DNA of 63,821 nucleotides, the filler included, from Neoconidiobolus thromboides FSU 785 (taxonomy: Eukaryota; Fungi; Entomophthoromycota), in assembly GCA_025603075.1 (NCBI GenBank). It is 9 parts of 9 records of this genome, joined end to end, with 100 filler letters (N's around TTAATTAATTAA, not from the genome) between each part and the next. Parts side by side here need not be neighbours in the genome. Positions count along the whole stretch, not along the records: positions 62,367 to 63,821 come from MU626961.1; 8 more parts are not named here. The stretch is one strand, 5' to 3'. This document shows, one piece after another, positions 62,967 to 63,821 of this stretch. The notes beneath the pieces are model-generated. The model made no database searches, was not told the origin of the DNA, and saw only the letters and a program-made list of their open reading frames with translations. Position 1 is the first letter of the stretch. The number at the start of each line of letters is the position of its first letter. Made by a program: the position numbers and the translations under genes.

Positions 62967-63821
62967 ATGTTATCAGAAAACGAATTAAATAATGTGATTG
63001 GTGAATTTTATTTTAATCACTATAATAATAGTGGCACAGAAGACATTACCTATAATCAACTCAAAGACAATAGAGCAAGTGGCATTGGTTTTAATCAACT
63101 TGCCAATAATGGTAACAATGGTGATGCAGATGGCTTTGATGAACTTGTGAATAATAATGACAATAGTGATATAAAAGCTATTGATTTCAATCAATCATAC
63201 AGCAATCATGGTAACTTATTTGATGAAGCTTCACAAAGCCTTAGTCAAGAGTTCAATAAGAGTTTCTTAAAAATAATTGAAGGGGAAAAGGTGGATTTAG
63301 AAAATAGTATCAAAGGAGATTTGAAAAGAATCGAACAAATTAGAATGGAGGTCATCAATAAACAAAACAAGATAAATGAATTAAAGGGACTTATTGATAG
63401 AGTTAAGCAAAACAAGATTGACAAACCAAATGGTAAAGTTAGAGTAGTTAGACAAAATAAGAGTGCAGCTCAAAACGGTAAAGTATTACCAAGTTTTTCA
63501 AATCAAACAGTATCCAAGAGGCCGACAATTGAAAGAAAAATATTATTAATGGAAGACTACATGAAAAGAACATCAACAATCAAAGAACTTTGTGAAAGAT
63601 ATAAGATATCTAAACAAACATTTTATAGAATTAAGGAGGATTATGAAAGCTTTAAAGGAGGTTTAAATGTCGAAAAAGTGGAAGTAAGGGGTCGAAATAG
63701 TAAACTAAATAAAGATCAAAGAGGAGCATTATATTATGAAATTACAACCCAACCAAAAAGAACAACAACAGTCCGGGGATTGACTAAACTAATTAACCAA
63801 AGGTTTGATTTGAATGTATCA
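62967..63821 (+). CDS. IS630/Tc1-like tandem-HTH protein with a long N-terminal extension (runs off window end)
   Basis: Open for 285 codons from the ATG at 62967 (absent from the ORF track). TIKELCERYKISKQTFYRI HTH, RGRNSKL linker, second HTH (TTVRGLTKLINQRFDLNVS), preceded by ~180 aa of Asn-rich and coiled-coil sequence. Confidence 0.7.
   Translation, partial: MLSENELNNVIGEFYFNHYNNSGTEDITYNQLKDNRASGIGFNQLANNGNNGDADGFDELVNNNDNSDIKAIDFNQSYSNHGNLFDEASQSLSQEFNKSFLKIIEGEKVDLENSIKGDLKRIEQIRMEVINKQNKINELKGLIDRVKQNKIDKPNGKVRVVRQNKSAAQNGKVLPSFSNQTVSKRPTIERKILLMEDYMKRTSTIKELCERYKISKQTFYRIKEDYESFKGGLNVEKVEVRGRNSKLNKDQRGALYYEITTQPKRTTTVRGLTKLINQRFDLNVS

Overview
Very AT-rich eukaryotic DNA with short GT-AG introns, most consistent with an early-diverging fungus (Entomophthoromycotina/Conidiobolus-like; the taxon is an inference). 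Eight 100-bp artificial joins (N44-TTAATTAATTAA-N44) break the window, so gene order across them is not guaranteed. The left third is a lineage-expanded regulator island: four intronless Gti1/Pac2 (WOPR) transcription-factor genes, a tRNA-Thr(AGT) plus a decayed inverted copy, and a head-to-head pair of rhodopsin-like 7TM receptors (one intact, one pseudogene). These are followed by a signal-peptide UDP-glycosyltransferase, a beta-lactamase-family esterase, CDC6, an 8-knuckle CNBP/GIS2, class-3 lipase halves, PLPBP/YggS, a GH72 glucanosyltransferase, a NUDT19-like Nudix hydrolase, VMA6 and tandem IS630/Tc1-like ORFs. Intergenic DNA holds three broken ~2.45-kb Sola-like DDD transposons, about 30 copies or fragments of a matching ~99-bp MITE with 4-bp TSDs, four ~464-bp solo LTRs, and LINE/LTR relics. 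The most striking observation is the inverted WOPR pair (13592-14245 minus, 17660-18313 plus). The two genes share perfectly identical tracts of 63 bp and 273 bp, separated by a 128-bp tract with 33 mismatches. That pattern indicates recent gene conversion and is also the geometry of a potentially invertible (flip-flop) cassette in a family of morphology-switch regulators.
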